DNA of 64,000 nucleotides, taken from the NCBI GenBank assembly GCA_900617105.1, contig UYFQ01000005.1:372001-436000 (forward strand), given 5' to 3'. The position numbers and the translations under genes are program-made. The notes under the pieces were generated by a model. That model did not search any database and was not told the DNA's origin. It worked only from the letters and a program-made list of their open reading frames with translations. Shown here in pieces: positions 45,789-56,164 of the stretch (position 1 is the first letter of the stretch; each line of letters starts with the position of its first letter). The stretch is from Hydrurus foetidus (taxonomy: Eukaryota).

Positions 45789-46547
45789 ATGACAACAGCT
45801 ATTCCACGTGTTTTACTGATAGAAGACGATGCCTCGCTCAGACGTTTTGTGGGCATGGTGCTGGAAGACTTACCGCTGGAACTCGTGGCATGTGAAAGCG
45901 CCGCCCAAGCGCTGAACGTGCTATCCCATAGCACAGTCGATCTGATACTGACCGACCTGATGATGCCCGGCGAATCAGGCTTAGGGCTGCTAGAACGATT
46001 CAAGGCCAACCCCGCCTTGCGAGGGAGCGCCAAAGTGGTGGTGCTCAGCGCTGGATTGACACCTGCCATCCAGACATTGCTTGAACCCCTGCTCGTATGG
46101 GAAACACTGCACAAACCTGTGTCCGTGGCCGCACTGGCGCAGTGCGTGACTCGCGCCCTGGCACTCCCTGGTGCGCACTCGGCACCGCCCACCGGTACCG
46201 AAGCCCTAGAAATATCAGCCCCCACAAAAACCTGCCTACAAGACGATGCTGTGCAGGTCTATTTTGCGGGCAACGCAGAACTCTTCACGGCCTACCACGC
46301 CCAATGCTTAAGCCAGTTCTATGACGATATTCGAGCCGGAGACACCGCCACGCAGAGTGGCGATTTGCCCGCCTTGCAGCGTTTAGCACACAGCCTTAAA
46401 ACAGTTTTGCAAACGTTAGGCTACCCCCTTCTGAGCACTCAAGCCCGCGCACTTGAAGACCTGAGCGGCAACGGGGATACGGGCTCAGCACAAGCAGGCT
46501 GGGTGGCATTGCGCATCAAGCTGCAAGCACTTTCGCAGGAGCACTGA
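45789..46547 (+). CDS. Receiver + Hpt phosphorelay protein
   Basis: LLIEDD, LTDLMMPG and C-terminal LQRLAHSLK. Confidence 0.85.
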   Translation: MTTAIPRVLLIEDDASLRRFVGMVLEDLPLELVACESAAQALNVLSHSTVDLILTDLMMPGESGLGLLERFKANPALRGSAKVVVLSAGLTPAIQTLLEPLLVWETLHKPVSVAALAQCVTRALALPGAHSAPPTGTEALEISAPTKTCLQDDAVQVYFAGNAELFTAYHAQCLSQFYDDIRAGDTATQSGDLPALQRLAHSLKTVLQTLGYPLLSTQARALEDLSGNGDTGSAQAGWVALRIKLQALSQEH

Positions 46548-46709
46548 CAGCACATCAGTGGATCGCCATAAAATGATACAAACGATAAATAATTTAATGA
46601 ATTTATCAAATTAGACTTTACCCGGGAATTTTCGCTTGTTACGCCTCTGCATTCACCGCTCAGCCATTGCAGAACTCGAGAAAATACAGCTAGATGCTAA
46701 TATGCGTTG

Positions 46710-46904
46710 ATGCGTACCACACTCGAACTCCCAGACCCCTTATTTCGCACCCTCAAAGCCCGTGCGGCCTTGGATGGCACCACACTCAAAGAGCTGATGC
46801 TGCGCTTTGTGCAGCAAGGCTTAAGCGAAACAGAAGCACAGCCACTCCGCGATGCAGCACAGGTTGCATCCAGCGCCACAACAGCACAAGGACAACAGCC
46901 ATGA
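46710..46904 (+). CDS. Orphan VapB-like RHH protein
   Basis: [24 protein letters not shown], similar to the 18055 antitoxin; ATGA overlap with ttcA. Confidence 0.7.
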   Translation: MRTTLELPDPLFRTLKARAALDGTTLKELMLRFVQQGLSETEAQPLRDAAQVASSATTAQGQQP

Positions 46905-47863
46905 GCGCCTTGCCTTCAACCCTGTGGGCCGACCCCACCGAAGCCCCTGCTGACGCCGCCCCCGAGCGGGTCAAAATCGAGCGCGAAACCCACAAGCTTG
47001 AAAAGCGCCTGTGCCGCCAAATGGGCCAAGCCATCGTTGACTTCAACATGATCGAGCAAGGCGACAAGGTGATGGTTTGCATGTCGGGCGGTAAAGACAG
47101 CTACGGCATGTTGGACATCTTGCTCAAAATGCAGGCCCGTGCGCCGATTGATTTCAGCATCATCGCTGTCAATCTTGACCAAAAGCAGCCCGACTTCCCG
47201 GAGCACATCCTGCCCGCCTATTTGACGCAAATCGGGGTGCCGTTCCACATCGAGAACCAAGACACCTACTCCATCGTCAAAGACAAAATCGAGCCCGGCA
47301 AGACCATGTGCAGCCTGTGCAGCCGCTTGCGCCGGGGCATTTTGTACCGGGTGGCGGACGAACTGGGGGCCACCAAAATCGCGCTGGGCCACCACCGCGA
47401 TGACATGCTGCAAACCTTCTTTTTGAACATGTTCTTTGGCGGCAAGCTCAAGGGTATGCCGGCCAAGCTGGTCAGCGATGACGGTAAACACATCGTGATT
47501 CGCCCGCTGGCTTATGCCGCAGAAAAAGACCTCGCCCGCTGGGCCACGCACAAGCAGTTCCCCATCATCCCCTGCACGCTGTGCGGCAGCCAAGAGAACT
47601 TGCAACGCAAACAAGTGGCTGCCATGCTTAACGAGTGGGAACGAAAGCACCCAGGCCGGGTCGAAAGCATGTTCACAGCCTTGCAAAACGTGGTGCCTTC
47701 GCATTTGATGGACGGTACGCGCTACGACTTCAAAGGCCTGAAAACCACCGGTATCCCCAGCGAGGATGGAGACAAAGCGTTTGATACGCCCGAGTTTCCT
47801 GCGGCCTTCGGAGGGTTTGAAGGTTTGCCCAGTCTGCAAGTGATCAATTTGCACAACGAATAG
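46901..47863 (+). CDS. ttcA: tRNA 2-thiocytidine(32) synthetase
   Basis: SGGKDS PP-loop, [17 protein letters not shown] and CTLCGSQ motifs. Confidence 0.96.
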   Translation: MSALPSTLWADPTEAPADAAPERVKIERETHKLEKRLCRQMGQAIVDFNMIEQGDKVMVCMSGGKDSYGMLDILLKMQARAPIDFSIIAVNLDQKQPDFPEHILPAYLTQIGVPFHIENQDTYSIVKDKIEPGKTMCSLCSRLRRGILYRVADELGATKIALGHHRDDMLQTFFLNMFFGGKLKGMPAKLVSDDGKHIVIRPLAYAAEKDLARWATHKQFPIIPCTLCGSQENLQRKQVAAMLNEWERKHPGRVESMFTALQNVVPSHLMDGTRYDFKGLKTTGIPSEDGDKAFDTPEFPAAFGGFEGLPSLQVINLHNE

Positions 47864-47895
47864 AACGAATAGCCACACAAAGGAGATTGGCGCTT

Positions 47896-48564
47896 ATGAA
47901 ATCAGCACGTTACGCTATTGTTTTAGCAGCATCCATTGGCCTACTCCTGCTCAGTGGTTGCGCCGCCATGAACCAATTGGGCAGCGATGTGCAAACCCAG
48001 TCCAGCTTGAAATCGCTGCCCGTGGCGGGCTACCGGTTTGAGCGACTGCCTTCGCAGCAAGTGCCTGAGCTCGCCCAAAACCAGTCGGCACTGGAGACGA
48101 TGGCCCAAAAAGCGCTGGCCCTGGTGGGCCTCAAGCGCGACGATGCCAAACCTGGCTACAGCGTGCTGGTGGGCGCACGGGTGCAGCGCGACCAACGTGT
48201 GTCGATGTGGGATGACCCGTTTTATGGCAACCGCTTCAATGTGGGGTTCACCAACGTGCGTGGCCGCTCAGGCATGCGCGGTGGGGTCTACTTTGGCGGC
48301 GGCGGCTTCTACCCGCGCTATGACTCGACGCTGCGCCGCGAGGTCAGCGTGGTGATGCGCGACCTGAGCACCGGCCAAGTGGTCTACGAAACCCAAGCGT
48401 TCAATGACAGCCTGTGGGCGGACAGCAATGCGGTGTTCCCGCTGATGTTCGAAGCGGCTGTCAGCGGCTTTCCCACCCCGCCGAGTGGGCGGCGCATGGT
48501 GAACATCAACGTTACACCACCCGCCCCCCCCCCTGCGGCAGCCCCCACGATGGCCCCCCTGTGA
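47896..48564 (+). CDS. DUF4136-like lipoprotein
   Basis: Lipobox LSGC; YRFERLPSQ and VYET.A motifs. Confidence 0.75.
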   Translation: MKSARYAIVLAASIGLLLLSGCAAMNQLGSDVQTQSSLKSLPVAGYRFERLPSQQVPELAQNQSALETMAQKALALVGLKRDDAKPGYSVLVGARVQRDQRVSMWDDPFYGNRFNVGFTNVRGRSGMRGGVYFGGGGFYPRYDSTLRREVSVVMRDLSTGQVVYETQAFNDSLWADSNAVFPLMFEAAVSGFPTPPSGRRMVNINVTPPAPPPAAAPTMAPL

Positions 48565-48566
48565 GC

Positions 48567-49223
48567 ATGGAGGCAACCCGCATCATTGCCGTGCGCCACG
48601 GCGAAACCGCGTGGAACGTGGACACGCGCATTCAAGGCTTTTTAGACGTTGCGCTGAACGACACAGGCCGCTGGCAAGTCCACCGCTTGGCACTGGCTTT
48701 AGCGGGCGAGCCGATTGATGCACTCTACGCCAGCGACCTCTGGCGGGCCTACGACACGGCGCTGTCCATCTCGAACGCCACGGGCCTGCCTGTCACCAAG
48801 AATGAGGGTCTACGCGAACGAGGTTTTGGCGAGTTTGAAGGCAAAACCTTTGCTGAAATTGAAGCCCGCTGGCCTGACAAAGCACAGCAATGGCGCAGAA
48901 GAGTACCTGACTTTGCGCCCGAGGGTGGAGAATCATTGCTACAGTTTAGAGAGCGAATACTGATAACAGTGTCTGCTCTGGCCGCCCAAAACACTGGCAA
49001 ACAAATCGTCATCGCCAGCCACGGTGGCACGATGGACGTGCTGTACCGTGCTGCCACCGGCCAAGACCTGCAAGCCCCACGCACTTGGCAACTGGGCAAT
49101 GCCGCGATCAACCGCCTGCTGTGGACACCGGGCAGCGAACCGCACGGCCATTTCACTTTGGTGGGCTGGGCGGACAGTTTTCATTTGGACGAGAACACAG
49201 CGCTGGACGAGTCCACGGCGTAG
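48567..49223 (+). CDS. Histidine phosphatase (phosphoglycerate mutase family)
   Basis: VRHGET.WN, SDL.RA..T, LRER.FG.FEG, GGES and SHGG motifs. Confidence 0.92.
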   Translation: MEATRIIAVRHGETAWNVDTRIQGFLDVALNDTGRWQVHRLALALAGEPIDALYASDLWRAYDTALSISNATGLPVTKNEGLRERGFGEFEGKTFAEIEARWPDKAQQWRRRVPDFAPEGGESLLQFRERILITVSALAAQNTGKQIVIASHGGTMDVLYRAATGQDLQAPRTWQLGNAAINRLLWTPGSEPHGHFTLVGWADSFHLDENTALDESTA

Positions 49224-49270
49224 GGTATTGCCTCGATAGCTTGTACAACTGTTCCCCGCACAATGCGGGA

Positions 49271-51034
49271 ATGAGCCCAAGCCAAATCATCGTCCTCGCC
49301 ACGCCGGTCTTCTTTGTGTTGATCGTTATCGAATTCCTCTACGGCCTGCGCCAGCAACGCAAGGGCACAGGCCGCAACACCTACCGGCTGAACGATGCCA
49401 TCAACAGCATCAGCCTGGGGATGCTGAGCCAAATCAGCGCCGTGTTCACAGGGCTGCTGCGGGTGGGGCTTTACACCGCCGTGTACAGCACCCTCTCTGT
49501 GGTGCCATTGGATGCCGCCAACACCTTTTGGACGACGCTGCCCGGTTGGCTGCTGGCACTGGTGTTTTACGATTTTTGCTACTACTGGCTGCACCGCATG
49601 GGCCATGAATCAGCGGTGCTGTGGGCCGCGCATGTGGTGCATCACCAGAGCCAGGACTACAACCTGTCTACCGCACTGCGCCAAACCAGCAGCGGTGCGC
49701 TGTTCGGCTGGGTGTTTTACCTGCCGATGGCGGTGGCCGGTGTGCCACCGCTGGTGTTTGGGGTGGTCGGTTTGATTGATTTGCTCTACCAATTTTGGGT
49801 GCATACCGAGCAAGTGGGCAAGCTGGGTTGGTTCGATCGCTGGTTTTGCAGCCCGTCCAACCACCGCGCTCACCATGCTGTGAACGATGCGTATGTCGAT
49901 AAAAACTACGGCGGCATCTTGATACTTTGGGATCGCCTGTTTGGCAGCTTTGTCGAAGAAGACGATGCCAACCCCTGCGTCTACGGCACCCGCAGCCCCT
50001 TGAACAGCTGGGATCCGCTGTGGGCGAACGCGCAGACGTACTGGGACATCGCGCAAGACAGTTGGCACGCCCAAAGCTTTGGCGACAAGCTGCGCGTGTG
50101 GTGGAAGCCCCCTGGCTGGCGCCCTGCGGATGTGGCGGCACGTTTTCCTAAACCGGCTTTTGAGATTCAACAATGGCAGCTTTACCACCCGCCCGTCAGC
50201 CGAGGCGTGCTGTGGTTGGGTGGTCTTCAATTTGCGCTGCTGCTGGGTGGCGTGGCCTGGTTTTTGTGGGTAGCGGACAGCACACCGATGGCGCTCAACG
50301 CCGTGAGTTTTGCGGCACTCACTGCAGGGCTGTGGGCCATCGGCGGTGTGCTGCAAGGGCGACTGTCCATGCTGGAGGCGCTGCTGATCGAGTCGGCGGT
50401 GCTGGCCACCCTCACTTCAGCCTTCAGTCTGGTGGATCTGCACCGCGTCTTCAAGCCGTTGACGATGGTGATTGCTCTATTTTTGGTAGCTTACAGCGCT
50501 TATTCTGTCAGCTCAAAGCGATCTTTGAATCACTTTTTTGACCGCCACTTAGGCATGGCGCTGCTCGCGTCGCTGGTGGGGGATTGTTTCTTGATGTTCG
50601 AAGGCTACTTCATCCCCGGTTTGGTGGCATTTTTGACGGGGCACCTGCTCTACATCGTCCGCTTCAAGCAAGGCGTGGGCATGTTCCCCAGCCGCTGGGC
50701 CTTGGTGCTAACGCTGAGCATCGGTGCCGTCATGTACGCCGTGCTGTGGTTTGGCGGACTCCCGCCCGCGTTGCGTGGGCCGGTGGCGGCGTATGTGGTA
50801 GTGATTGCGCTGATGGTGGCGCAAGCGCTGGGACGGGCCGGGGTGCGCCGCGACAAGGCCAGCACGCTGATCGCCGCAGGCGCAGTGTTTTTCATGCTGA
50901 GCGACAGTCTGCTGGCCGTCAACCGGTTCGTCATGCCCCTGAACCTGGGCGGGGTTGGGGCGGGGCTGTGGGTACTGTCCACCTATTACATGGCGCAAAT
51001 TTTGATAGTCATGGGGTGCTTGGATGAGGGATAA
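49271..51034 (+). CDS. Alkylglycerol monooxygenase-like desaturase/hydroxylase fused to YhhN lysoplasmalogenase domain
   Basis: His boxes HRMGHE, HVVHH, WVH and HRAHH; C-terminal KPL, S..GD..L, F..GL..FL.GH..Y, F..SD..LA and TYY.AQ. Confidence 0.85.
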   Translation: MSPSQIIVLATPVFFVLIVIEFLYGLRQQRKGTGRNTYRLNDAINSISLGMLSQISAVFTGLLRVGLYTAVYSTLSVVPLDAANTFWTTLPGWLLALVFYDFCYYWLHRMGHESAVLWAAHVVHHQSQDYNLSTALRQTSSGALFGWVFYLPMAVAGVPPLVFGVVGLIDLLYQFWVHTEQVGKLGWFDRWFCSPSNHRAHHAVNDAYVDKNYGGILILWDRLFGSFVEEDDANPCVYGTRSPLNSWDPLWANAQTYWDIAQDSWHAQSFGDKLRVWWKPPGWRPADVAARFPKPAFEIQQWQLYHPPVSRGVLWLGGLQFALLLGGVAWFLWVADSTPMALNAVSFAALTAGLWAIGGVLQGRLSMLEALLIESAVLATLTSAFSLVDLHRVFKPLTMVIALFLVAYSAYSVSSKRSLNHFFDRHLGMALLASLVGDCFLMFEGYFIPGLVAFLTGHLLYIVRFKQGVGMFPSRWALVLTLSIGAVMYAVLWFGGLPPALRGPVAAYVVVIALMVAQALGRAGVRRDKASTLIAAGAVFFMLSDSLLAVNRFVMPLNLGGVGAGLWVLSTYYMAQILIVMGCLDEG

Positions 51035-51181
51035 AGTGCAGGAGAAGCGCAAAAGAACCCCAGAAACAGCAAGGGCAGTAACAGGCTCTCACCCGTTACC
51101 GCCCCGCCTACCTCAGCCCTCAGGCTCCCTCGTTTTTGTCTTTCAACAGTCTCGTGACTTCATCACGTCATCGCTTCACAT

Positions 51182-51865
51182 TCAGTCGTCTTGGCCCACG
51201 GCCTTGTAAGCCAGAGCACCGATCACTGCACCGACGATAGGTGCCACCCAGAACAACCACACCTGCTGCAACGCCCAAGCATCAGCGAACACGGCCACAC
51301 CCAAGCTGCGCGCTGGGTTCACCGAGGTGTTGGTGACGGGGATGCTGACCAAGTGGATCAGCGTCAGGCACAGACCAATCGCCAACGGTGCAAAGCCCGC
51401 TGGTGCGCGTTTGCCGGTGGAACCCATGATGACGAACAAGAACATCGCTGTCATGACGATCTCGCAGACCAAGGCGGCCATCATTGAGTAGCCACCTGGG
51501 GAGTGTTCGCCAAAGCCGTTAGAGGCAAAACCACCGGCCACAAAGCCCGCTTTGCCGCTGGCAATCAGGTACAGCACGCCTGCGCCCAAGATGCCACCAA
51601 TCACTTGCGACACGATGTAGGGCAGCAAGTCTTTAGCGGGGAAACGTCCACCGGCCCACAGCCCCACGGACACCGCAGGGTTCAGATGGCAACCAGAGAT
51701 GGGGCCAATGGTGTAAGCCATGGTGACGACGGTCAGGCCAAACGCCAGCGACACGCCATGCAGGCCAATGCCCACACCAGGGAACGCAGCTGCCAACACG
51801 GCGCTGCCGCAACCGCCCAGCACCAACCAAAAAGTGCCAATAATTTCAGCGACGTATTTGTTCAT
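51182..51865 (-). CDS. aqpZ: Aquaporin Z
   Basis: [13 protein letters not shown]; two NPA motifs ([12 protein letters not shown]). Confidence 0.96.
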   Translation of the reverse strand: MNKYVAEIIGTFWLVLGGCGSAVLAAAFPGVGIGLHGVSLAFGLTVVTMAYTIGPISGCHLNPAVSVGLWAGGRFPAKDLLPYIVSQVIGGILGAGVLYLIASGKAGFVAGGFASNGFGEHSPGGYSMMAALVCEIVMTAMFLFVIMGSTGKRAPAGFAPLAIGLCLTLIHLVSIPVTNTSVNPARSLGVAVFADAWALQQVWLFWVAPIVGAVIGALAYKAVGQDD

Positions 51866-52196
51866 CACAAACCTTTCATAAATAAAACAGACCGAGCACC
51901 GCTGAACGCGGTGGCCTTCTCAACCCCCCAGTTTGGGGTGGCGCTGATTTTGCGGTTGAATAATGACAAGACATGCCCCCCGCCGTCAAGCCACACCTGT
52001 CTTTTGTGAACTTATTGGGCATTCACCCGTCTAAGCCGTCACATTTTTTGCAGAGACCTCTTGTCATGGACGAACGATGCCCCCATGGCGACGCCAAAAG
52101 ACGAGAAAGGGGGGTGAATATTGCCCTTTGTCGCAACACGGACAGCAGCATCTGCACGATCGTGCTAAAAACTGGGATTCTCTGGAGACATACTTT

Positions 52197-53396
52197 ATGG
52201 ATTTAGCCTTTACCCCTGAAGAACAGCAGTTTCGCGAAGACATCCGCGCTTGGGTGCATGCAAACTTGCCTGCTGATATTTCGCACAAAGTGCATAACTC
52301 ACTCCACCTCAGTCGCGACGACATGCAGGCTTGGGCCAAAATTTTGGGCAAAAAGGGTTGGCTGGGCCACGGTTGGCCCAAGCAGTTTGGCGGGCCGGGT
52401 TGGAACGCCATCCAAAAACACCTGTTTGAAGAAGAATGCGCCCTCGCCGGTGCGCCCCGCGTCGTGCCCTTTGGCCCGGTGATGGTGGCCCCTGTCATCA
52501 TGGCTTTTGGCAGCCCTGAACAGCAAGCACGCCACCTGCCCGGTATCGCCAGCGGTGAAGTCTGGTGGAGCCAAGGCTACAGCGAACCCGGCTCGGGCTC
52601 GGATTTAGCTTCCCTCAAAACCAAAGCCGAGCGCGTGGGCGACAAGTACATCGTCAACGGTCAAAAAACCTGGACGACGCTGGGCCAGTATGGCGAATGG
52701 ATTTTCTGTTTGGTGCGCACCAGCACCGAGGGCAAGCCCCAAACTGGCATCAGCTTTTTGCTGATCGACATGAAGAGCCCTGGCGTCAGCGTGCGCCCCA
52801 TCATCATGCTCGACGGTGGTCACGAGGTGAACGAAGTCTGGTTTGACAACGTGGAAGTGCCCGTTGAAAACCTGGTCGGCGAAGAAAACAAAGGCTGGAC
52901 ATACGCCAAGCATTTGCTCAGCCACGAGCGCACTAACATCGCCGACGCCAACCGCGCCAAACGCGAGCTGGAGCGCCTCAAACGTATCGCCAAAGCCGAG
53001 GGCGTGTACGACCCCTCCACCGGTGGTGCCACCGCTGCCCGCTTCCGCGACGAAATCGCCAAATTGGAAGTGGATGTGATCGCTCTGGAAATGCTGGTGC
53101 TGCGCGTACTCTCTGCTGAAAAAACCGGCAAAAACTCGCTCGATATTGCAGGCTTGCTCAAAATTCGCGGCAGCGAAATCCAGCAGCGCTATACCGAACT
53201 GATGATGCTCGCGGCTGGCCCCTACAGCCTGCCCTTCATCCAAGAGGCGATGGAAGCCGGTTGGCAAGGCGACTACGTCGGTGCCGCCACCAGCGCACCG
53301 CTGGCGTCCACCTACTTCAACATGCGCAAAACCACCATTTACGGTGGCTCGAACGAAGTGCAACGCAACATCGTCGCGCAGACGGTGCTCGGTTAA
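52197..53396 (+). CDS. Acyl-CoA dehydrogenase (PimC-like subunit)
   Basis: W.QGYSEPGSGSDLASL, VNGQKTWT and TIYGGSNEVQRNI motifs. Confidence 0.92.
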   Translation: MDLAFTPEEQQFREDIRAWVHANLPADISHKVHNSLHLSRDDMQAWAKILGKKGWLGHGWPKQFGGPGWNAIQKHLFEEECALAGAPRVVPFGPVMVAPVIMAFGSPEQQARHLPGIASGEVWWSQGYSEPGSGSDLASLKTKAERVGDKYIVNGQKTWTTLGQYGEWIFCLVRTSTEGKPQTGISFLLIDMKSPGVSVRPIIMLDGGHEVNEVWFDNVEVPVENLVGEENKGWTYAKHLLSHERTNIADANRAKRELERLKRIAKAEGVYDPSTGGATAARFRDEIAKLEVDVIALEMLVLRVLSAEKTGKNSLDIAGLLKIRGSEIQQRYTELMMLAAGPYSLPFIQEAMEAGWQGDYVGAATSAPLASTYFNMRKTTIYGGSNEVQRNIVAQTVLG

Positions 53397-53427
53397 TCAA
53401 AAAAGTACAGAAGTACAGGAGATCACC

Positions 53428-54543
53428 ATGGATTTTGACTTTTCCGACGACCAAGAACAACTGCGCGACGCCGTTCGCAAATGGGTGGACAAAGGCTACA
53501 GCTTTGAGCGCCGCACCGCTGCCGTCAAAGCCGGTGGCTTCGATCGCGCTGCTTACAGCGAGCTGGCCGAACTGGGCCTGACCGGCCTCTACATTTCAGA
53601 AGACGATGGCGGCATGGGCATGGGCCCCACCGAAGGCATGGTGGTGATGGAAGAGCTGGGGCGCGGCATGGTGCTGGAGCCTTTGGCGCAAACGCTGATC
53701 GCCGGGGCTGTGCTCAGCGGCTACGCCAGCGCCGCCGTCAAAGCCGCTTGGTTGCCCAAAATCTCCAGTGGCGAAGCGCTGGTTGTGCTGGCCCACCAAG
53801 AACAAGCAGCCCGTTACCGTTTGGATGTTTGTAAAGCCAATGCTGCCGCAGTGGCCGATGGATGGGCGTTGACAGCTACCAAAAGCATAGTACCCGCAGG
53901 CGATCAAGCCGATGCCTTCCTGGTGCCCGCCAACGTCAACGGCAAGCCCGCGTTGTTCCTGGTTGAGCGCAGTGCTGCGGGTGTAGCCACCCGAGGCTAC
54001 GTCACCCAAGACGGCAGCCGCGCCGCTGAAGTGACCCTCGCCAACACGCCCGCCACCCTGGTCACGCTGGACGGACTGACCGCCCTGGAACACGCGGTAG
54101 ACATCGGCATCGCCTGTGCCTGCGCCGAAGCTGTCGGGGTGATGGACAAAACGATGGCGCTGACTGCGGATTACATGAACACGCGCAAGCAGTTCAACGT
54201 CGTCATCAGCAGCTTCCAGGCGTTGCGCCACCGCATGGCAGACATGAAGATGCAGCTTGAGTTGGGCCGCTCAATGAGCTTTTACGCCTGCCTCAAGCTC
54301 AACGCCCCTGCCGATGAGCGCCGCCGCGCGATGGCCCGCGCCAAGTACCAGCTGGGCAATTCGATGCGCTTTGTCGGCCAGCAATCGGTGCAGCTGCACG
54401 GTGGTATCGGCGTGACCGACGAGTACATCGGCAGCCATTACTTCAAGAAATTGACGCAACTGGAAATGACCTACGGCGACACGCTGCACCACCTGGGTGA
54501 GGTGTCGGATCGGATGCACGACACCGCAGGGGTATTCGCCTAA
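53428..54543 (+). CDS. Acyl-CoA dehydrogenase (PimD-like subunit)
   Basis: MDFDFSDDQ, RKQF....SFQAL.HR.ADM and QLHGGIG.T.E motifs. Confidence 0.9.
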   Translation: MDFDFSDDQEQLRDAVRKWVDKGYSFERRTAAVKAGGFDRAAYSELAELGLTGLYISEDDGGMGMGPTEGMVVMEELGRGMVLEPLAQTLIAGAVLSGYASAAVKAAWLPKISSGEALVVLAHQEQAARYRLDVCKANAAAVADGWALTATKSIVPAGDQADAFLVPANVNGKPALFLVERSAAGVATRGYVTQDGSRAAEVTLANTPATLVTLDGLTALEHAVDIGIACACAEAVGVMDKTMALTADYMNTRKQFNVVISSFQALRHRMADMKMQLELGRSMSFYACLKLNAPADERRRAMARAKYQLGNSMRFVGQQSVQLHGGIGVTDEYIGSHYFKKLTQLEMTYGDTLHHLGEVSDRMHDTAGVFA

Positions 54544-54577
54544 AGCCAGACGAAAAGCTATTTTTTAGATAGCATAT

Positions 54578-54610
54578 AACGCCCACCAAGCTTGCTTTGG
54601 TGGGCGTTTT
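54578..54610 (+). terminator. Probable intrinsic terminator after the acyl-CoA dehydrogenase pair
   Basis: AACGCCCACCAA-N7-TTGGTGGGCGTT hairpin followed by TT. Confidence 0.6.
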
Positions 54611-54628
54611 ACCTTCTCAAGGACAACC

Positions 54629-56053
54629 ATGATGCACCGCAGAACACTTTTGAAATTCACCGCGAAATTCACACTCAGTGCGGCAGCCTTGCTGCTGGCG
54701 GGCTGTGCATCCACCCCATCCGGCCCGCCCTCGCTGGCAGCCGCACCGCCCATCGTCTTTGTCCACGGCAACGGCGACACCGCCGCGCTCTGGCAAACCA
54801 CCGCGTGGCGCTTTGAGAGCCAAGGCTGGCCGCGCGAACGCCTGATCGCCATCGACGTGCCTTACCCCATCTCTCGCGACGACGACACCAAAGCCCAACC
54901 CGGCCGCACCTCTGCCGCTGAGAACATGGCCCATCTCAAAGCCGAGGTCGAACGCGTGCTGGCCGCTACCGGCGCCAAGCAGGTTGTGCTGATGGGCAAC
55001 TCACGCGGCGGCAACGCCATCCGCAGCTACATCCAAAACGGCGGCGGCGACAAAACCGTCAGCCACGCGATTTTGGGCGGCACACCAAACCACGGCGTGT
55101 GGGCCATCAAAGGCTTCCGAGAAGGCAACGAGTTCGCCGGCACAGGCCCGTTTTTGACCGCCCTGAACGCCCCCAAGAATGCAGCGGGTGATGAAGTCAC
55201 CGGCCCCGTCAAATGGATGACAGTGCGCTCCGACGACAACGACAAATTCGCCCAGCCCGATGGCGTGTGGATAGGCGCGAAAGGCACGGCCACGAACATC
55301 ACCGCCGCCGGGCCAGAGCTCAAAGGTGCGCTGAACGTGGTGATCCCCCGCATCGACCACCGCGAAACCTCGTATTCCCCCGCCGCCTTTGCCGCCAGCT
55401 ACCGCTTCATCACCGGCAAAGCGCCCCAGGCCACCGCCGATGCGAGCGGCGTGACAGCGCAAAGCGACATCATCCTCAGCGGCAAAATCACCGGTTTGGG
55501 CGTGAAATCAGACGACCCCAGCACCGGCAACTTCAGCAATAACCTGCCCCTGCCCGGCGCACAGCTCGCGGTGTACGTGACCGATGCCGCTACCGGCGAG
55601 CGCGTGGGGCCCGCAGTGCATTCAAAAACCGTAGCAGCCGATGGTGTCTGGGGGCCGTTTTCCGCACAACCCAAGCTGCGCTACGAGTTCGCCATCACCG
55701 CCCCCGGCTACGCCACCACCCACATCTACCGCAGCCCCTTCTCACGCGGCAGCAACCTGGTGCATCTGCGGGCTGAGCGCATCGCTGACGCCGATAAAGA
55801 GGCCCAAGCTGTCATCCACTTCACCCGGCCACGCGGCTACTTTGACGCCCAGCGCGACACCTTGAGCTTCGACGGCCAAACCCCACCACCCGGCGTACCT
55901 GCCACAGGCACAGCAGGTATCGCCAGCTCCAAACTCAAACTCGCCTCATGGCAAGATCGCGCGATTGCGGGGGAATTCAACGGGGAACGGGTCATCGGGC
56001 GGACGTGGAGCGCAACCAACCAGCATGTCGTGTGGCTGGAGATTACGCAGTAG
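54629..56053 (+). CDS. Tat-exported alpha/beta hydrolase lipoprotein (lipase-like)
   Basis: RRTLLK Tat motif, LAGC lipobox, VFVHG and GNSRGG nucleophile elbow. Confidence 0.8.
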   Translation: MMHRRTLLKFTAKFTLSAAALLLAGCASTPSGPPSLAAAPPIVFVHGNGDTAALWQTTAWRFESQGWPRERLIAIDVPYPISRDDDTKAQPGRTSAAENMAHLKAEVERVLAATGAKQVVLMGNSRGGNAIRSYIQNGGGDKTVSHAILGGTPNHGVWAIKGFREGNEFAGTGPFLTALNAPKNAAGDEVTGPVKWMTVRSDDNDKFAQPDGVWIGAKGTATNITAAGPELKGALNVVIPRIDHRETSYSPAAFAASYRFITGKAPQATADASGVTAQSDIILSGKITGLGVKSDDPSTGNFSNNLPLPGAQLAVYVTDAATGERVGPAVHSKTVAADGVWGPFSAQPKLRYEFAITAPGYATTHIYRSPFSRGSNLVHLRAERIADADKEAQAVIHFTRPRGYFDAQRDTLSFDGQTPPPGVPATGTAGIASSKLKLASWQDRAIAGEFNGERVIGRTWSATNQHVVWLEITQ

Positions 56054-56164
56054 TCACCGCAGAAATCACCGAGCCAATAGCCGGCAAAAAGCAGCGGCAT
56101 AGTTTTCGAAATTGCCCATCATTCAATGGCCCGGGCTTTCACGGTAGCGTGATCGACGCGTCAC

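Noticed and set aside
51870..51960. Two hairpins in the aqpZ leader as a possible riboswitch
   Set aside because: No match to an aptamer consensus I recognise
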